Part shown: piece after piece, positions 38,305-48,745 of the stretch
Position numbering within the stretch: position 1 is the stretch's first letter
Layout of the letters: each line of letters opens with the position of its first letter
Assembly (NCBI GenBank): GCA_965203875.1
Contig: OZ241914.1
Span: 1,521,589-1,585,588 of the forward strand
Origin: Bdellovibrionales bacterium
GTDB taxonomy: Bacteria; Bdellovibrionota; Bdellovibrionia; Bdellovibrionales; JAUICD01
Reading direction: 5' to 3'
Length of the DNA: 64,000 nucleotides
Translations under genes and position numbers: made by a program
Notes under the pieces: model-generated
Databases searched by the model: none
What the model saw: only the letters and a program-made list of their open reading frames with translations
Told to the model about the DNA's origin: nothing

Positions 38305-40383
38305 TCAGGCTTGTGATCTTGTTCTCCATCTCTGATGTAGATAGCAAAGAGCAAATAGTGTTACACCTATAATTTGCCACATATGTCTTGCATCTAAACC
38401 AATGAGATTGATATCAAATTTACCAGCCAAAAAATCAGGCCTGAATAAACATGCCATGACCATTAATAAAATAGCTGCCTCATACCATTTATTTCTTACA
38501 CGAAACATTCCCTGAGTGAAGGCCGCAAAAGCAAACATAGCGATTAATGCAGTTAAAAATACAATGGCTGCATAGAAGTAAGAATCTACACCAATCAACA
38601 ACAGTTCGGTATTAAAGATAAACATGAATGGAAGGATAGCTGTTCTCATGTCATATCTGAATCCTTGTACACCTGTCTTTATTGGATCCTCCCTTGCAAT
38701 GGCTGCAGCAGCATATGCGGCTAAACCAACAGGAGGAGTATCGTCTGCTAAAATTCCAAAGTAAAAACAGAATAAATGTGCAGCAATAAGTGGTACTACT
38801 AACCCAGCATCTCCAGAAAGAGCTACAATAGCTGGTGCTGTTAATGATGCCATTATTATATAGTTAGCAGTTGTAGGAAGCCCTAGACCTAAAAGTAAAC
38901 TAATAGCAGCTGTTACCAATAACATTAGCATTAAATGGCCGCCTGAAATTCTGTCGATTACTTCTATCACAACTGATCCAAGCCCTAATGTCACCACCCC
39001 TACAATTATTCCAGCCACCGCTACTGCAACACCAATATTCATCATGTTTTTTGCTCCAACCACCAGGCTGTCCCATATCTGATGTGCTGAAAGTATTATT
39101 GCACTTTTTATCCCGTCTTTTTTTAGTGCAATGACATTTTTTACAACAATAAGAACGAGCAAAGCGATAATTGCATAGTACACAGCCAACTGTGCTGACC
39201 TTCTCATTATTACCAACTGGTGTAATAAAAATAAAATAGGTATTACAAAATGTATTCCCGACCAGAACGTACTCCAAAACTTAGGCAGATATTTTTTTTC
39301 TATTGGTTTTAAGTTGAGTTTTTTGGCTTCCAGATGGACGATGTAAATCAAGGCAATGTAAGACACGAATGCTGGTATCAGGGCGGTTTTAATTACCTCT
39401 ATAAAGGAAAGGTTGCAGTACTCTGCAATTATAAACGCAGCAGCCCCCATAATAGGTGGCATTAGCTGCCCATTTGTACTTGATGCTACTTCTACAGCTG
39501 CCGCTTTATAAGATGGAAATCCAGATTTTTTCATAAGAGGTATGGTAAAAGTACCTGTGGTAACGGTGTTTGCAATACTAGATCCTGACACCATACCTGT
39601 TAATCCACTAGCCAAAACCGCCGCTTTAGCAGGGCCTCCATGAAATTTACCCAGCAGGCTAAATGATAGTTTTATAAAATAGCTACCACCACCAGCTTTA
39701 TCTAAAATAGCTCCAAATAGTACAAACAAAAACACCGTTGATGCAGACACATCTAAAGGCACGCCATAGATACCTTCAGAACCCATGGTGAGCTTAGAGA
39801 TCATTTTATCCAAACTAGCATTTTTAAATGCAATGACCTCTGGCATGTATTCACTAAAAAAACTATAGACAATAAAGATAGTAGCAATTATTGGAAGTGC
39901 TGGCCCCACGGCTCTTCTAGATGATTCTAATAAAAATAGAATTAATAAAAATCCAATCAATGTGTCAGTTGTATTTGGTATACCTACTCTAGAACCTATT
40001 CCTTCATAGTCAATCGCCAAGTACAAAGCTGCCGTAGTTGCTATAACTGCGAAAATTATGTCTACGATTGTTAGCTTCTTAGAATGAAGAAAACTAAGAA
40101 ATTTAAAACGCTTTAGATAAGAAACTACCCTCTTACTCTTAATAGCAGGAAAACACAAAAACACCAGGCATACAGCAAACCCCAAATGTATACTCCTAAC
40201 AATCTCGGAGTTAAGCAGTAGCACTTTGGGTAACAAAAGTTGAAATATGGACCAGGATCCAGCTACCAAAGGTATCAAATATTTAGCTATGCCTTTGGGA
40301 AGCCTAGTGCCTTGTTCTACACTTTGGGCAAAGTCTGTAGCTGATGTAGCATCAAGATCAAATTTATTGTTGTCATCAGGCAT
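38305..40383 (-). CDS. TRAP transporter fused 4TM/12TM permease
   Basis: GGPAKAAV, GSSIAN, PPIMGAAAF, TPPVG. Confidence 0.93.
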   Translation of the reverse strand: MPDDNNKFDLDATSATDFAQSVEQGTRLPKGIAKYLIPLVAGSWSIFQLLLPKVLLLNSEIVRSIHLGFAVCLVFLCFPAIKSKRVVSYLKRFKFLSFLHSKKLTIVDIIFAVIATTAALYLAIDYEGIGSRVGIPNTTDTLIGFLLILFLLESSRRAVGPALPIIATIFIVYSFFSEYMPEVIAFKNASLDKMISKLTMGSEGIYGVPLDVSASTVFLFVLFGAILDKAGGGSYFIKLSFSLLGKFHGGPAKAAVLASGLTGMVSGSSIANTVTTGTFTIPLMKKSGFPSYKAAAVEVASSTNGQLMPPIMGAAAFIIAEYCNLSFIEVIKTALIPAFVSYIALIYIVHLEAKKLNLKPIEKKYLPKFWSTFWSGIHFVIPILFLLHQLVIMRRSAQLAVYYAIIALLVLIVVKNVIALKKDGIKSAIILSAHQIWDSLVVGAKNMMNIGVAVAVAGIIVGVVTLGLGSVVIEVIDRISGGHLMLMLLVTAAISLLLGLGLPTTANYIIMASLTAPAIVALSGDAGLVVPLIAAHLFCFYFGILADDTPPVGLAAYAAAAIAREDPIKTGVQGFRYDMRTAILPFMFIFNTELLLIGVDSYFYAAIVFLTALIAMFAFAAFTQGMFRVRNKWYEAAILLMVMACLFRPDFLAGKFDINLIGLDARHMWQIIGVTLFALCYLHQRWRTRSQA

Positions 40384-40444
40384 GAATAGTCATTTCCTTA
40401 AAACCAAGCATCGTTTACTTCACACCTGAACAACAAAATTATAT

Positions 40445-41455
40445 TTACTTCTTTTTCTTTCTTTTCTTTTTTGCCTTTTTCTTTTTCTCTTTGTAGAGCT
40501 TAGCCTCTTTAAAGTATTTAAGAGCTCCTTCGTGTATAGGGACAACACCACCACCTTTAGTAACCATGTCTTCTTTTTTAAGAACCCTAAGTGCAGGGTG
40601 AAGGTTTTTAAAACTATCAAAGTTGGAGAAAACCTCTTTTGTTACCGCATACACAGCATCTTTAGATACGCTAGAAGAAGTAAACAGCACAGCTTTCATA
40701 CCTATCGTCTGTGTATTCCCAGAACCAGTAGCGTTGGGATACAAATCCCTAGGTATTTCTGATTTATAGTAATAACTGTGTTCACTTAAAAGCCTATCAA
40801 CAGGAGCACCAACTATAGGAACAAAACGAACTTTTCGTCTTCCAGATGTAGCCTCCGTAACAGCTCCGTTTGGATGACCAACAGTGTAGAAAAACGCATC
40901 AAGTCTGTTATCTTGAATCATTTTAGGGCCTTCAGCCGGTTTTAAAGACTCAGCAGTGAAATCCTTGGCAGGATCAATTCCAAAATACTTTAGGATCAAC
41001 GTAGAGTTGGCTCTTTGACCTGAACCAGGATTACCCAAATTTATTCTCTTACCCTTGATGGTATTAATAGAGCTAATATTACTATCTGCCGCAGCAACCA
41101 AAGTTACAGCTTCTGGATAAGTACTAAAAACGGTTCTCAATGTGCCAATTTTTTTGTTCTTCCATTCATGTTGTCCATTGAAGGCATGGTATAACTTGTC
41201 CGATTGAGCTATACCAAATTCAAGCTCACCAGTTTTAACGGCATTAATGTTGAACACAGAGCCTCCAGTGGATTCAACACTGACTCTGAGTTTATACCTA
41301 TCCTTTTTTGCGTTTACCATTTTTGCAATAGAGCCACCAACAGGGTAATATACACCAGTTACTCCACCAGTTCCCAATGATACAAAACTTACTTTTTTCT
41401 TAGCATGAGAGTAGGACACACCCAAACAGACAGCCAAAGCAATCAAATATCTCAT
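40445..41455 (-). CDS. TAXI family solute-binding subunit
   Basis: GTGGVTGVYYP, STGGSVFN, PIHEGA. Confidence 0.93.
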   Translation of the reverse strand: MRYLIALAVCLGVSYSHAKKKVSFVSLGTGGVTGVYYPVGGSIAKMVNAKKDRYKLRVSVESTGGSVFNINAVKTGELEFGIAQSDKLYHAFNGQHEWKNKKIGTLRTVFSTYPEAVTLVAAADSNISSINTIKGKRINLGNPGSGQRANSTLILKYFGIDPAKDFTAESLKPAEGPKMIQDNRLDAFFYTVGHPNGAVTEATSGRRKVRFVPIVGAPVDRLLSEHSYYYKSEIPRDLYPNATGSGNTQTIGMKAVLFTSSSVSKDAVYAVTKEVFSNFDSFKNLHPALRVLKKEDMVTKGGGVVPIHEGALKYFKEAKLYKEKKKKAKKKRKKKK

Positions 41456-41626
41456 AGAATTCCTCCTTTGTATCTGAAGGTTTTAACACAAAATAGGGGT
41501 AAAACACAACATTATCTTCATTAAAGGTGCATCTAGGTATACATGTGCATTATATGTATACACACTGTGACATACCCTATATAGTTGCATCATTGGTAAG
41601 ATAAAAATTTAGTAGGTGTAATTAAC

Positions 41627-43438
41627 TTGATTACTGCTGATATAATAGTATCAAAAGTCACAATTTTAATAACCCTAGGTATCATAGCTCAGTGGTTTGC
41701 ATGGAGATTTAAAATACCTAGCATAGTTCTATTATCTCTAACAGGGATATTAGTCGGTCCGGTTACTGGTTGGATCGATCCAATTCAAGATTTTGGAAAA
41801 GCTATGAATGTGTTGATAAAATTGGCTGTCAGCATAATTCTATTTGAAGGCGGATTATCATTAAAATTTAAAGAACTAAAGTTGGCTGGTGCAAATGTTG
41901 GAAGATTAGTGTTTTTGGCCCTACCTATTTCCTGGGTTTTAGGAACAGCAAGTGCACACTACATAATTGGACTTCCCATATCTGTTTCAGCAATATTGGG
42001 TGCTATACTGGTAATCACAGGCCCCACGGTTATAATTCCACTATTAAGACAAACCAGACTTACAAATAAAATGTCTTCTCTTATTAAATGGGAAGGTATT
42101 TTAAACGATCCTGTAGGAGTGCTTCTTACAATATTTTTGCTCGAATGGTTTACGTTTACTGAGCATCAAAATATGGTTTTGTATATTTGCATTGCAGTAA
42201 TTGCAGCCATATTGGTAGGCATATGTGCAGCGTATCTAGTCAAATATACGTTTAATAATGATATTGTGCCAGATTTTCTAAAAGTACCTGTAGTACTATG
42301 CCTTGTTGTACTGGTATACACTAGCTCTAATTTGGTACATGAAGAATCTGGGCTACTTGCGGTAACGGTTTTTGGTTGTATTTTAGCCAACATAGGCTTG
42401 GACATAATACAAGAAGTAAAGAGATTCAAAGAAGACGTTGCTGTATTTTTAATTTCCACCGTGTTTATTGTTATTACCGCAAGTCTAGATGTGGATCATC
42501 TAAAGGCAATAAGAAATTTAAACATTATACTGTTTTTTGTAGCGATACTTTTTATTGTCAGACCTGTATCAATATGGATATCCACAATAGGAAGCAACTT
42601 AAATTGGCGAGAAAGACTACTCATAGGTTGGATTGCACCCAGAGGAATTGTTGCAGCATCTTCTGCAGGTTTGTTTGCTCCGTTAATGATTGAGCAAGGA
42701 TTAGAAGGATCTGAGATAGTTGTTCCGATCATTTTTTCCGTGGTGCTAATTACCGTATCTCTACATGGGCTGTCTTTAGGCCCAGTTGCTAAGCTACTTA
42801 AACTTTCAAAAGATAAAAGCAACAGTGTGCTAATAGTAGGTGCACATATTTGGACGGTTGAACTGGCAAAAACTCTTAAAAAACTGGGAATAAAAGTAAC
42901 TCTAGCAGATGATTCTTCACAAGACTTAGCCACAGCTAGAAAATTAGGTATAGATACTTTTTGTGGTGAAATAACCCCTGATTATTATGAAGGAAGTCAA
43001 GAGTCTCTAGATTTAATGTCTACAAAATATCTTATAGCTGCAACAAGCAACGATTCTTACAACACGCTTATATGCAACACCTTAGCAAAATCAGAATACG
43101 TAGACTTTCCTTTACATTTATCAACCCATGAAAATACAAATATAGGCATAGGTGTTTCAAAAGGATCTGTGGCATTTAACGAAGATGTTAGATATGAGAA
43201 TTTAATAGAAAAACATTTTACAGGATGGAAGTTTAAAGAACTTTTAATAGAAAAACCTCTTGACTATAACAAGTTTAAAAGTGAATTTAAGGACGTAGCG
43301 GTACCAATTTTTCTTTTAAAAGAACATGATAAAATAGAATTTGAACATAGTAAGTTATCTTTGAAACCAGCTGTGGGAGATAGACTATTCTGTTTTGTAG
43401 CACCTAGTTTTAAACCAGAGTTTTTAAACAATGAATGA
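41627..43438 (+). CDS. NhaP-type Na+/H+ antiporter with TrkA-N-like domain
   Basis: ILFEGG, WEGILNDP, APRGIVAA, VLIVGA. Confidence 0.88.
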   Translation: MITADIIVSKVTILITLGIIAQWFAWRFKIPSIVLLSLTGILVGPVTGWIDPIQDFGKAMNVLIKLAVSIILFEGGLSLKFKELKLAGANVGRLVFLALPISWVLGTASAHYIIGLPISVSAILGAILVITGPTVIIPLLRQTRLTNKMSSLIKWEGILNDPVGVLLTIFLLEWFTFTEHQNMVLYICIAVIAAILVGICAAYLVKYTFNNDIVPDFLKVPVVLCLVVLVYTSSNLVHEESGLLAVTVFGCILANIGLDIIQEVKRFKEDVAVFLISTVFIVITASLDVDHLKAIRNLNIILFFVAILFIVRPVSIWISTIGSNLNWRERLLIGWIAPRGIVAASSAGLFAPLMIEQGLEGSEIVVPIIFSVVLITVSLHGLSLGPVAKLLKLSKDKSNSVLIVGAHIWTVELAKTLKKLGIKVTLADDSSQDLATARKLGIDTFCGEITPDYYEGSQESLDLMSTKYLIAATSNDSYNTLICNTLAKSEYVDFPLHLSTHENTNIGIGVSKGSVAFNEDVRYENLIEKHFTGWKFKELLIEKPLDYNKFKSEFKDVAVPIFLLKEHDKIEFEHSKLSLKPAVGDRLFCFVAPSFKPEFLNNE

Positions 43439-44279
43439 TCAAAAAGACAGATTAAAAAACTTTTTTTATAGAGTAATTTTTGGCGTAGATACTGCTTTGG
43501 GAAGAACTTTTGATATCTTCCTTCTGGTGTGTATACTACTCAGCGTTTTATCTGTATCGCTAGGATCTGTGCAAAGTTTAAGAGAACTTGTTGATATCAA
43601 CTGGGCCAGGATAGATTGGCTTTTTACTATTATTTTCACTATCGAATACCTGCTAAGAATATGGTGTTCAAAAAAACCAAAGGAGTACATATTTAGTTTC
43701 TGGGGCAAAGTAGATTTTGCCGCAATAATGCCTATGTATCTTAGTTTCTTCATCCCGAGTGCTAATATATTTATGATATTAAGAACACTTAGAATCTTGA
43801 GGATTATAAGATTTGTTAGGATCTTCAATATTCTGGGGCTTACCAAATATTTGCAAGAGCTGGTTACTTTAAGAGAAGCTCTATTTGTTAGCAAAGAGAA
43901 AATTATTGTGTTTCTAGGCGGTTTTATCACCATATCGCTTATGTGTGGAACTCTTATGTTTTTTATAGAAAAAGGTAACCCTGGATTTCCTAACATACCT
44001 CAATCCATATACTGGGCTGTTGTAACCATGACCACAGTAGGTTATGGCGATATAGCCCCTATGACAGTGTTAGGCAAAATGCTGGCCACAATAATTATGG
44101 TGATGACTTACGGGATTATTGCCGTACCTACAGGACTTGTATCAGCAGAAATAGTAAAAAGAGCTTCGAGTAAACAGTTAGATCGATGTTATGAATGCTA
44201 CACTAGGTTAATGAATGACGCTAAGTTTTGTCACAAATGCGGTACTGTACAAGATAACAGTTATGAAAACAAAAGTTAA
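43431..44279 (+). CDS. voltage-gated K+ channel (ion transporter)
   Basis: S4 RxxR repeats, TTVGYGD filter, C-terminal CxxC...CxxC. Confidence 0.92.
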   Translation: MNDQKDRLKNFFYRVIFGVDTALGRTFDIFLLVCILLSVLSVSLGSVQSLRELVDINWARIDWLFTIIFTIEYLLRIWCSKKPKEYIFSFWGKVDFAAIMPMYLSFFIPSANIFMILRTLRILRIIRFVRIFNILGLTKYLQELVTLREALFVSKEKIIVFLGGFITISLMCGTLMFFIEKGNPGFPNIPQSIYWAVVTMTTVGYGDIAPMTVLGKMLATIIMVMTYGIIAVPTGLVSAEIVKRASSKQLDRCYECYTRLMNDAKFCHKCGTVQDNSYENKS

Positions 44280-44282
44280 GAC

Positions 44283-45002
44283 ATGAGAAATGATAATAGA
44301 GACAATCTAGAACTAAGACCAATAACACTTGTGTCAAACTATACAAGGTATGCAGAAGGCAGTGTTCAATGTGAATTTGGACATACAAAAGTTATTTGTA
44401 CAGCAAGTGTAGAAGACAAGTTGCCTAAGTGGCTTATGAACTCTGACTCTGGTTGGATTACTGCCGAGTATTCAATGCTCCCTAGATCGACTCACACTAG
44501 AATGAACAGGGATAGAGCCACTAATTCTGGACGAAGCAGAGAAATTTCAAGATTGATAGGACGTAGCCTTAGAGTAGTTGCTGATCTAAAACAATTAAAA
44601 AATTATAGCATCACAATCGACTGTGACGTGATACAAGCCGATGGAGGTACAAGAACAACCAGTATAACAGGTGGTTTTGTAGCAATGGTACAGGCATTTA
44701 AAACACTGGTGAAAAAAGGAGTTTTAAAAAGCATACCTGTATCGGATTATGTGGCGGCTGTCAGTATTGGAATATCAGACGGTCAGTTTTTGGTCGATCT
44801 TAATTATGAAGAAGACAACAACGTAGATGCTGATATAAATGTGGTAATGACAGGATCAGGTAACATTGTAGAAATTCAAGGGACATCAGAAATAAAAACT
44901 TTTGGTAAACAAGATATTTCTAAAATTCTAGATATATCGGAGCAAAAAATAAATACCATTGTTCAAAAACAAAGAGAAATACTAAATTGGGATCCAAAAT
45001 AG
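44283..45002 (+). CDS. rph: ribonuclease PH
   Basis: TAEYSMLP, CDVIQADGGTRT. Confidence 0.97.
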   Translation: MRNDNRDNLELRPITLVSNYTRYAEGSVQCEFGHTKVICTASVEDKLPKWLMNSDSGWITAEYSMLPRSTHTRMNRDRATNSGRSREISRLIGRSLRVVADLKQLKNYSITIDCDVIQADGGTRTTSITGGFVAMVQAFKTLVKKGVLKSIPVSDYVAAVSIGISDGQFLVDLNYEEDNNVDADINVVMTGSGNIVEIQGTSEIKTFGKQDISKILDISEQKINTIVQKQREILNWDPK

Positions 45003-45571
45003 AAATAGTTTTGGCCACTGGTAATCAAAATAAGTTAAGAGAATATCAATCTTTGCTTCCTTCTAATGTTCAAATAAGACTTATTCCCAATACAGCATCC
45101 CTTATGCCAGAAGAAACTGGAAAAACTTTCTTGGAAAACGCTATGCTAAAAGCTAAAAAATTATTTTCATACTCCAAGACTTGGACAATGGCAGATGACT
45201 CTGGTCTTGTGGTTCGAAGTTTAAATAATAAACCAGGAGTTCATTCCAAAACATTCGCAGGAGAACATGCAACTGATCAAGACAATATAAATAAACTATT
45301 AGAAGAATTAAGAGGAAAAAATAATAGGAATGCATACCTTATAACTTCAATAGCACTAATTGCACCAGATGAAAAAACTTATGATTTTGAAGGTAAACTC
45401 TATGGCACTATAGCTGGTAATAAATGCGGAAAATTTGGTTTTGGATATGATTCAGTGTTTATCCCAAATGGTGACAACAGAACTTTAGCTCAAATGAAAG
45501 AAAGCGAAAAAAACAATATCTCCCATAGATATATAGCTACAAAAAAGCTAGTCACTTTTCTTAAACATTAG
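44987..45571 (+). CDS. rdgB: non-canonical purine NTP pyrophosphatase
   Basis: ATGN..K, ADDSGL, GFGYD, ISHR; follows rph. Confidence 0.95.
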   Translation: MGSKIEIVLATGNQNKLREYQSLLPSNVQIRLIPNTASLMPEETGKTFLENAMLKAKKLFSYSKTWTMADDSGLVVRSLNNKPGVHSKTFAGEHATDQDNINKLLEELRGKNNRNAYLITSIALIAPDEKTYDFEGKLYGTIAGNKCGKFGFGYDSVFIPNGDNRTLAQMKESEKNNISHRYIATKKLVTFLKH

Positions 45572-45605
45572 AGTTCAGATCGTAAATACAAATCATTAAA
45601 TACTA

Positions 45606-46670
45606 CTATAATGTATTCAGGTTTTCAGAGGTTTGGTTTAGGTTTTCCTGCGATACGCCCAAATTGACGTTATTTTGATCGCATTCTGGGTATTCTACAT
45701 TTACGCCCTTGAATAAGATTTCCGTTAAACCTTGGTGCTTTGTATCTTCCTTGCCCATTGTTTTTACCATATCTTCTGTTATTGGATCATGAGTAATGTT
45801 AAATCTAGGTGCATATTCTTGCAAAAAAGAGTGCGTTTGTTGTAAGTGTTCAATTAAGTCTTTTATAGAGTCTGGATCATCATTGATACTTTTATTTTGA
45901 ACTTTCATTTTTAAATCACAACTCATTTTACCAAGGTTTTTAGCATCATATGCAAGTGACATTTTAACAAGTGGCCTTGGGTTTAATTTAGGTCCTTCTA
46001 TAATACCACGCAATAATTCCACACCTTCAGAAACAAGTGCCACGGATAAGCTGGATACGCTTCCAAGTGCTGCAAACTGCCACCATTTGTAGGTATTAAT
46101 TCTTTCTAAAGATCTTCCTCTTCTACTGTTTCTGGGCACCAGCGTCCTCCATGTAGTACTTAATTTTGAATAGAGGTTACCAGTCATCCTAGTAGGAATA
46201 GTTCTGGAAAGAGCTGACACAGCCATGACACCCATCCAAATATTTGCAAAAAGTTTCAGGTTACTTGATGTTCTAGTTAGAACATTGGTAGATTTTTTTT
46301 GCCTCTGATGTTCGGTATATAGATTTGACAATTTGTCGAGATAGGATATCACAGGCCGTTTTGCTTCCAATGATTGATTATATAAACCTAGAGCGGTCAC
46401 AAGCATCTGATTAAATTGTTCGTTACTAATAGAATGATCCCAGTGAATTTTAGCCATCTTTTCAGCCGCAATGTCGTTAGTCATATGACTAAATGGATTG
46501 TCATTAGATGACGATTGTACTTTTCTATTATATTCTTCTATGTACCCACGGAATTCATCAATCACGAAGTTAGGATTCTCATATCTACTAACTTGATCAC
46601 CAGTTAATATATCAACTTGTGCATTTAATGAAAAAGGCAATAGCAGTAGCAACAGAACAATTATTCTCAC
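45606..46670 (-). CDS. secreted hypothetical protein with two hydrophobic helices
   Basis: Signal peptide MRIIVLLLLLLPFSLNA; 4-bp overlap with the upstream gene. Confidence 0.8.
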   Translation of the reverse strand: MRIIVLLLLLLPFSLNAQVDILTGDQVSRYENPNFVIDEFRGYIEEYNRKVQSSSNDNPFSHMTNDIAAEKMAKIHWDHSISNEQFNQMLVTALGLYNQSLEAKRPVISYLDKLSNLYTEHQRQKKSTNVLTRTSSNLKLFANIWMGVMAVSALSRTIPTRMTGNLYSKLSTTWRTLVPRNSRRGRSLERINTYKWWQFAALGSVSSLSVALVSEGVELLRGIIEGPKLNPRPLVKMSLAYDAKNLGKMSCDLKMKVQNKSINDDPDSIKDLIEHLQQTHSFLQEYAPRFNITHDPITEDMVKTMGKEDTKHQGLTEILFKGVNVEYPECDQNNVNLGVSQENLNQTSENLNTL

Positions 46671-48745
46671 ATTGAACCTCCATGATTGCCCCTGGATTTG
46701 GTTTTCTGATTTTTAAGAAATTCCTTTGCCCCTTCCATCATTTTTTCTCGCATATCATTTTCAAAAGCTTCGTTTTTACTAATATCTGCATTTATTCTTT
46801 TAGCAAGACGCCCAAAGAAACCAACGTTCATCTTGTTACGATATAAGCTAGTTATGGAGTGGTTCAAGTGACTAAAATACCTGGATGCTTGGTATAATAG
46901 AGCATTTGCATTTCTACAAAAATGTCCTTGTCTAAAACTATCATGCCAAGCTCTTTTGGAAGACAAGTCATGTCTTTGAAGTACACCTAATCTCATGTAA
47001 TTTAAACGATTCCTGTCTGTTGTCTGCCCAGCATGTCTGATCGCTCGATCTACATCTGAATATACCGAAGATAACACTGTTGAATTACTAGTATGGTTTC
47101 TGTCGACCATTCTAGATGCAATTTTATGTAATTCATCTTTTACTTCTAAAGTTTTTGGATCCAATGATTTATATAGGTCATTATAAACATCGGTTTTCTT
47201 ATTTTGTAATATATGAATAAGCCCAGTTCTATATATACCATGTCTGTATGATTCATCTATAACTATACTATCTTGCCTAGGTGTTTCTCTAAATTTTGGT
47301 ATACATTGTTGTCTAGCTTGTCTAGAAAGTCTGATTTGTGAAACTTCACTTTCAAAGTTACTAACAGCATCTTGCCACTTGTTATATGCTCTAATAACTT
47401 TGTCAGCATCTATTCTATTTGAGTCTGTCGATGTTTGAAATTCTCTATATGTTGGATAACTCCCGTCGGAAAGACTCAAATCAGCCTGTATCTTATTATA
47501 GGCAGTTTCGATCCAATGAAAGTCTCTGTGTTGACGTTTAATGAAACCAACTTTAAAGGTTTGGATTTTTTCCAGGTCAGCGTGAAGTTGCATAGTTTTT
47601 TCAAGTATTGGAGCATTATAAAATCCTATGAGATTATATACTCCTTGCATAACTTCTCTACTTAGTACATATGAATCTTCAAGTTTATTCTCCATATTTT
47701 CTACATTGCTTGTGAGTATTGGCTTGCTATCTAAAATAGAATAAAAATTGTCTGGCATATTTGAAAGAGAATCTTCTAAAGACTTTATTGATTCTTCCAA
47801 TTTACTAATAGAGTTTAAAAGATCAGATTCAAATTTCATTCTTCTTTGACGGCTAATATAGTACTCTATGCCGGCTTCCATCCCTTCATAGGCAACCAGA
47901 CTGCCAGCAAAAAGTAATACTTGTGGTCCAAAAATTGCACCAATGCTAAGTCCTTTTTTTACGTTATTTATTGTTTTACCTGCCTGTCCTAGTAACTCAG
48001 CTCGCTTTAATATACTAATTGCAGGCACTATTATAAGACCCATGGAGGTAAATTGTGCAGCAAGTTCGTTTTCTAACTTCATACCTAATGCATGCATGTT
48101 TGCTACATTGACACCATCTTCAAGGGATCCAATAGTTCCACACTCCAACGTTAGTGCAGGGTCTGAAGGAACATTTTTCATAGAAAATCTTTTTTTATTA
48201 ATGATTGAAGTTAACATATCTCTATTTGTGACAACCTCTGTTGTTATGTAAGATGCCAAGGCAAGCTTATATGCAAGGTTTGCTATCTTAGCCAGCCTTT
48301 TTGAAATTGGGTTTTCAAAGATCAACAATGCCATTGAAGAAGCATAAATATTGGTTATCGCATTATTATCTTTATACTCTTCAAAATATTTGGTGCTCAA
48401 AAGAGGCAAGTATCTTTGTTCCCACTCAGCTCTTATTGCAAGGGCTAATCCACCACAAATGTTTACAGGATGCTCTTTGTACACGTCATTCACTTTAGAG
48501 AGCTTATCTAAATAGCTCCTTTGTTCAAAGTCTTTAAAAATTTCTTCTACTATTATGTCTTCACATTCTCGTTCTCGTGCACGAAATTCTCTTGAGTTAT
48601 TTGTTAGATATACGTATGAGTACAGTTTATCAGACAATGAGCTATTATTATCCATGCAGGTTTCCGTGGCACTGTTTAGATCTTGTATGTTGGCATATAA
48701 CAGATTTGGGAATACTAAAATTGCAAAAAACATAATATACTTCAT
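46667..48745 (-). CDS. secreted hypothetical protein with several hydrophobic helices
   Basis: Signal peptide MKYIMFFAILVFPNLLYA; 692 aa. Confidence 0.8.
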   Translation of the reverse strand: MKYIMFFAILVFPNLLYANIQDLNSATETCMDNNSSLSDKLYSYVYLTNNSREFRARERECEDIIVEEIFKDFEQRSYLDKLSKVNDVYKEHPVNICGGLALAIRAEWEQRYLPLLSTKYFEEYKDNNAITNIYASSMALLIFENPISKRLAKIANLAYKLALASYITTEVVTNRDMLTSIINKKRFSMKNVPSDPALTLECGTIGSLEDGVNVANMHALGMKLENELAAQFTSMGLIIVPAISILKRAELLGQAGKTINNVKKGLSIGAIFGPQVLLFAGSLVAYEGMEAGIEYYISRQRRMKFESDLLNSISKLEESIKSLEDSLSNMPDNFYSILDSKPILTSNVENMENKLEDSYVLSREVMQGVYNLIGFYNAPILEKTMQLHADLEKIQTFKVGFIKRQHRDFHWIETAYNKIQADLSLSDGSYPTYREFQTSTDSNRIDADKVIRAYNKWQDAVSNFESEVSQIRLSRQARQQCIPKFRETPRQDSIVIDESYRHGIYRTGLIHILQNKKTDVYNDLYKSLDPKTLEVKDELHKIASRMVDRNHTSNSTVLSSVYSDVDRAIRHAGQTTDRNRLNYMRLGVLQRHDLSSKRAWHDSFRQGHFCRNANALLYQASRYFSHLNHSITSLYRNKMNVGFFGRLAKRINADISKNEAFENDMREKMMEGAKEFLKNQKTKSRGNHGGSM

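Noticed and set aside
41538-41562. Inverted repeat gtatacat...atgtatac between divergent genes
   Set aside because: Single AT-rich occurrence with no regulator nearby; could be chance.
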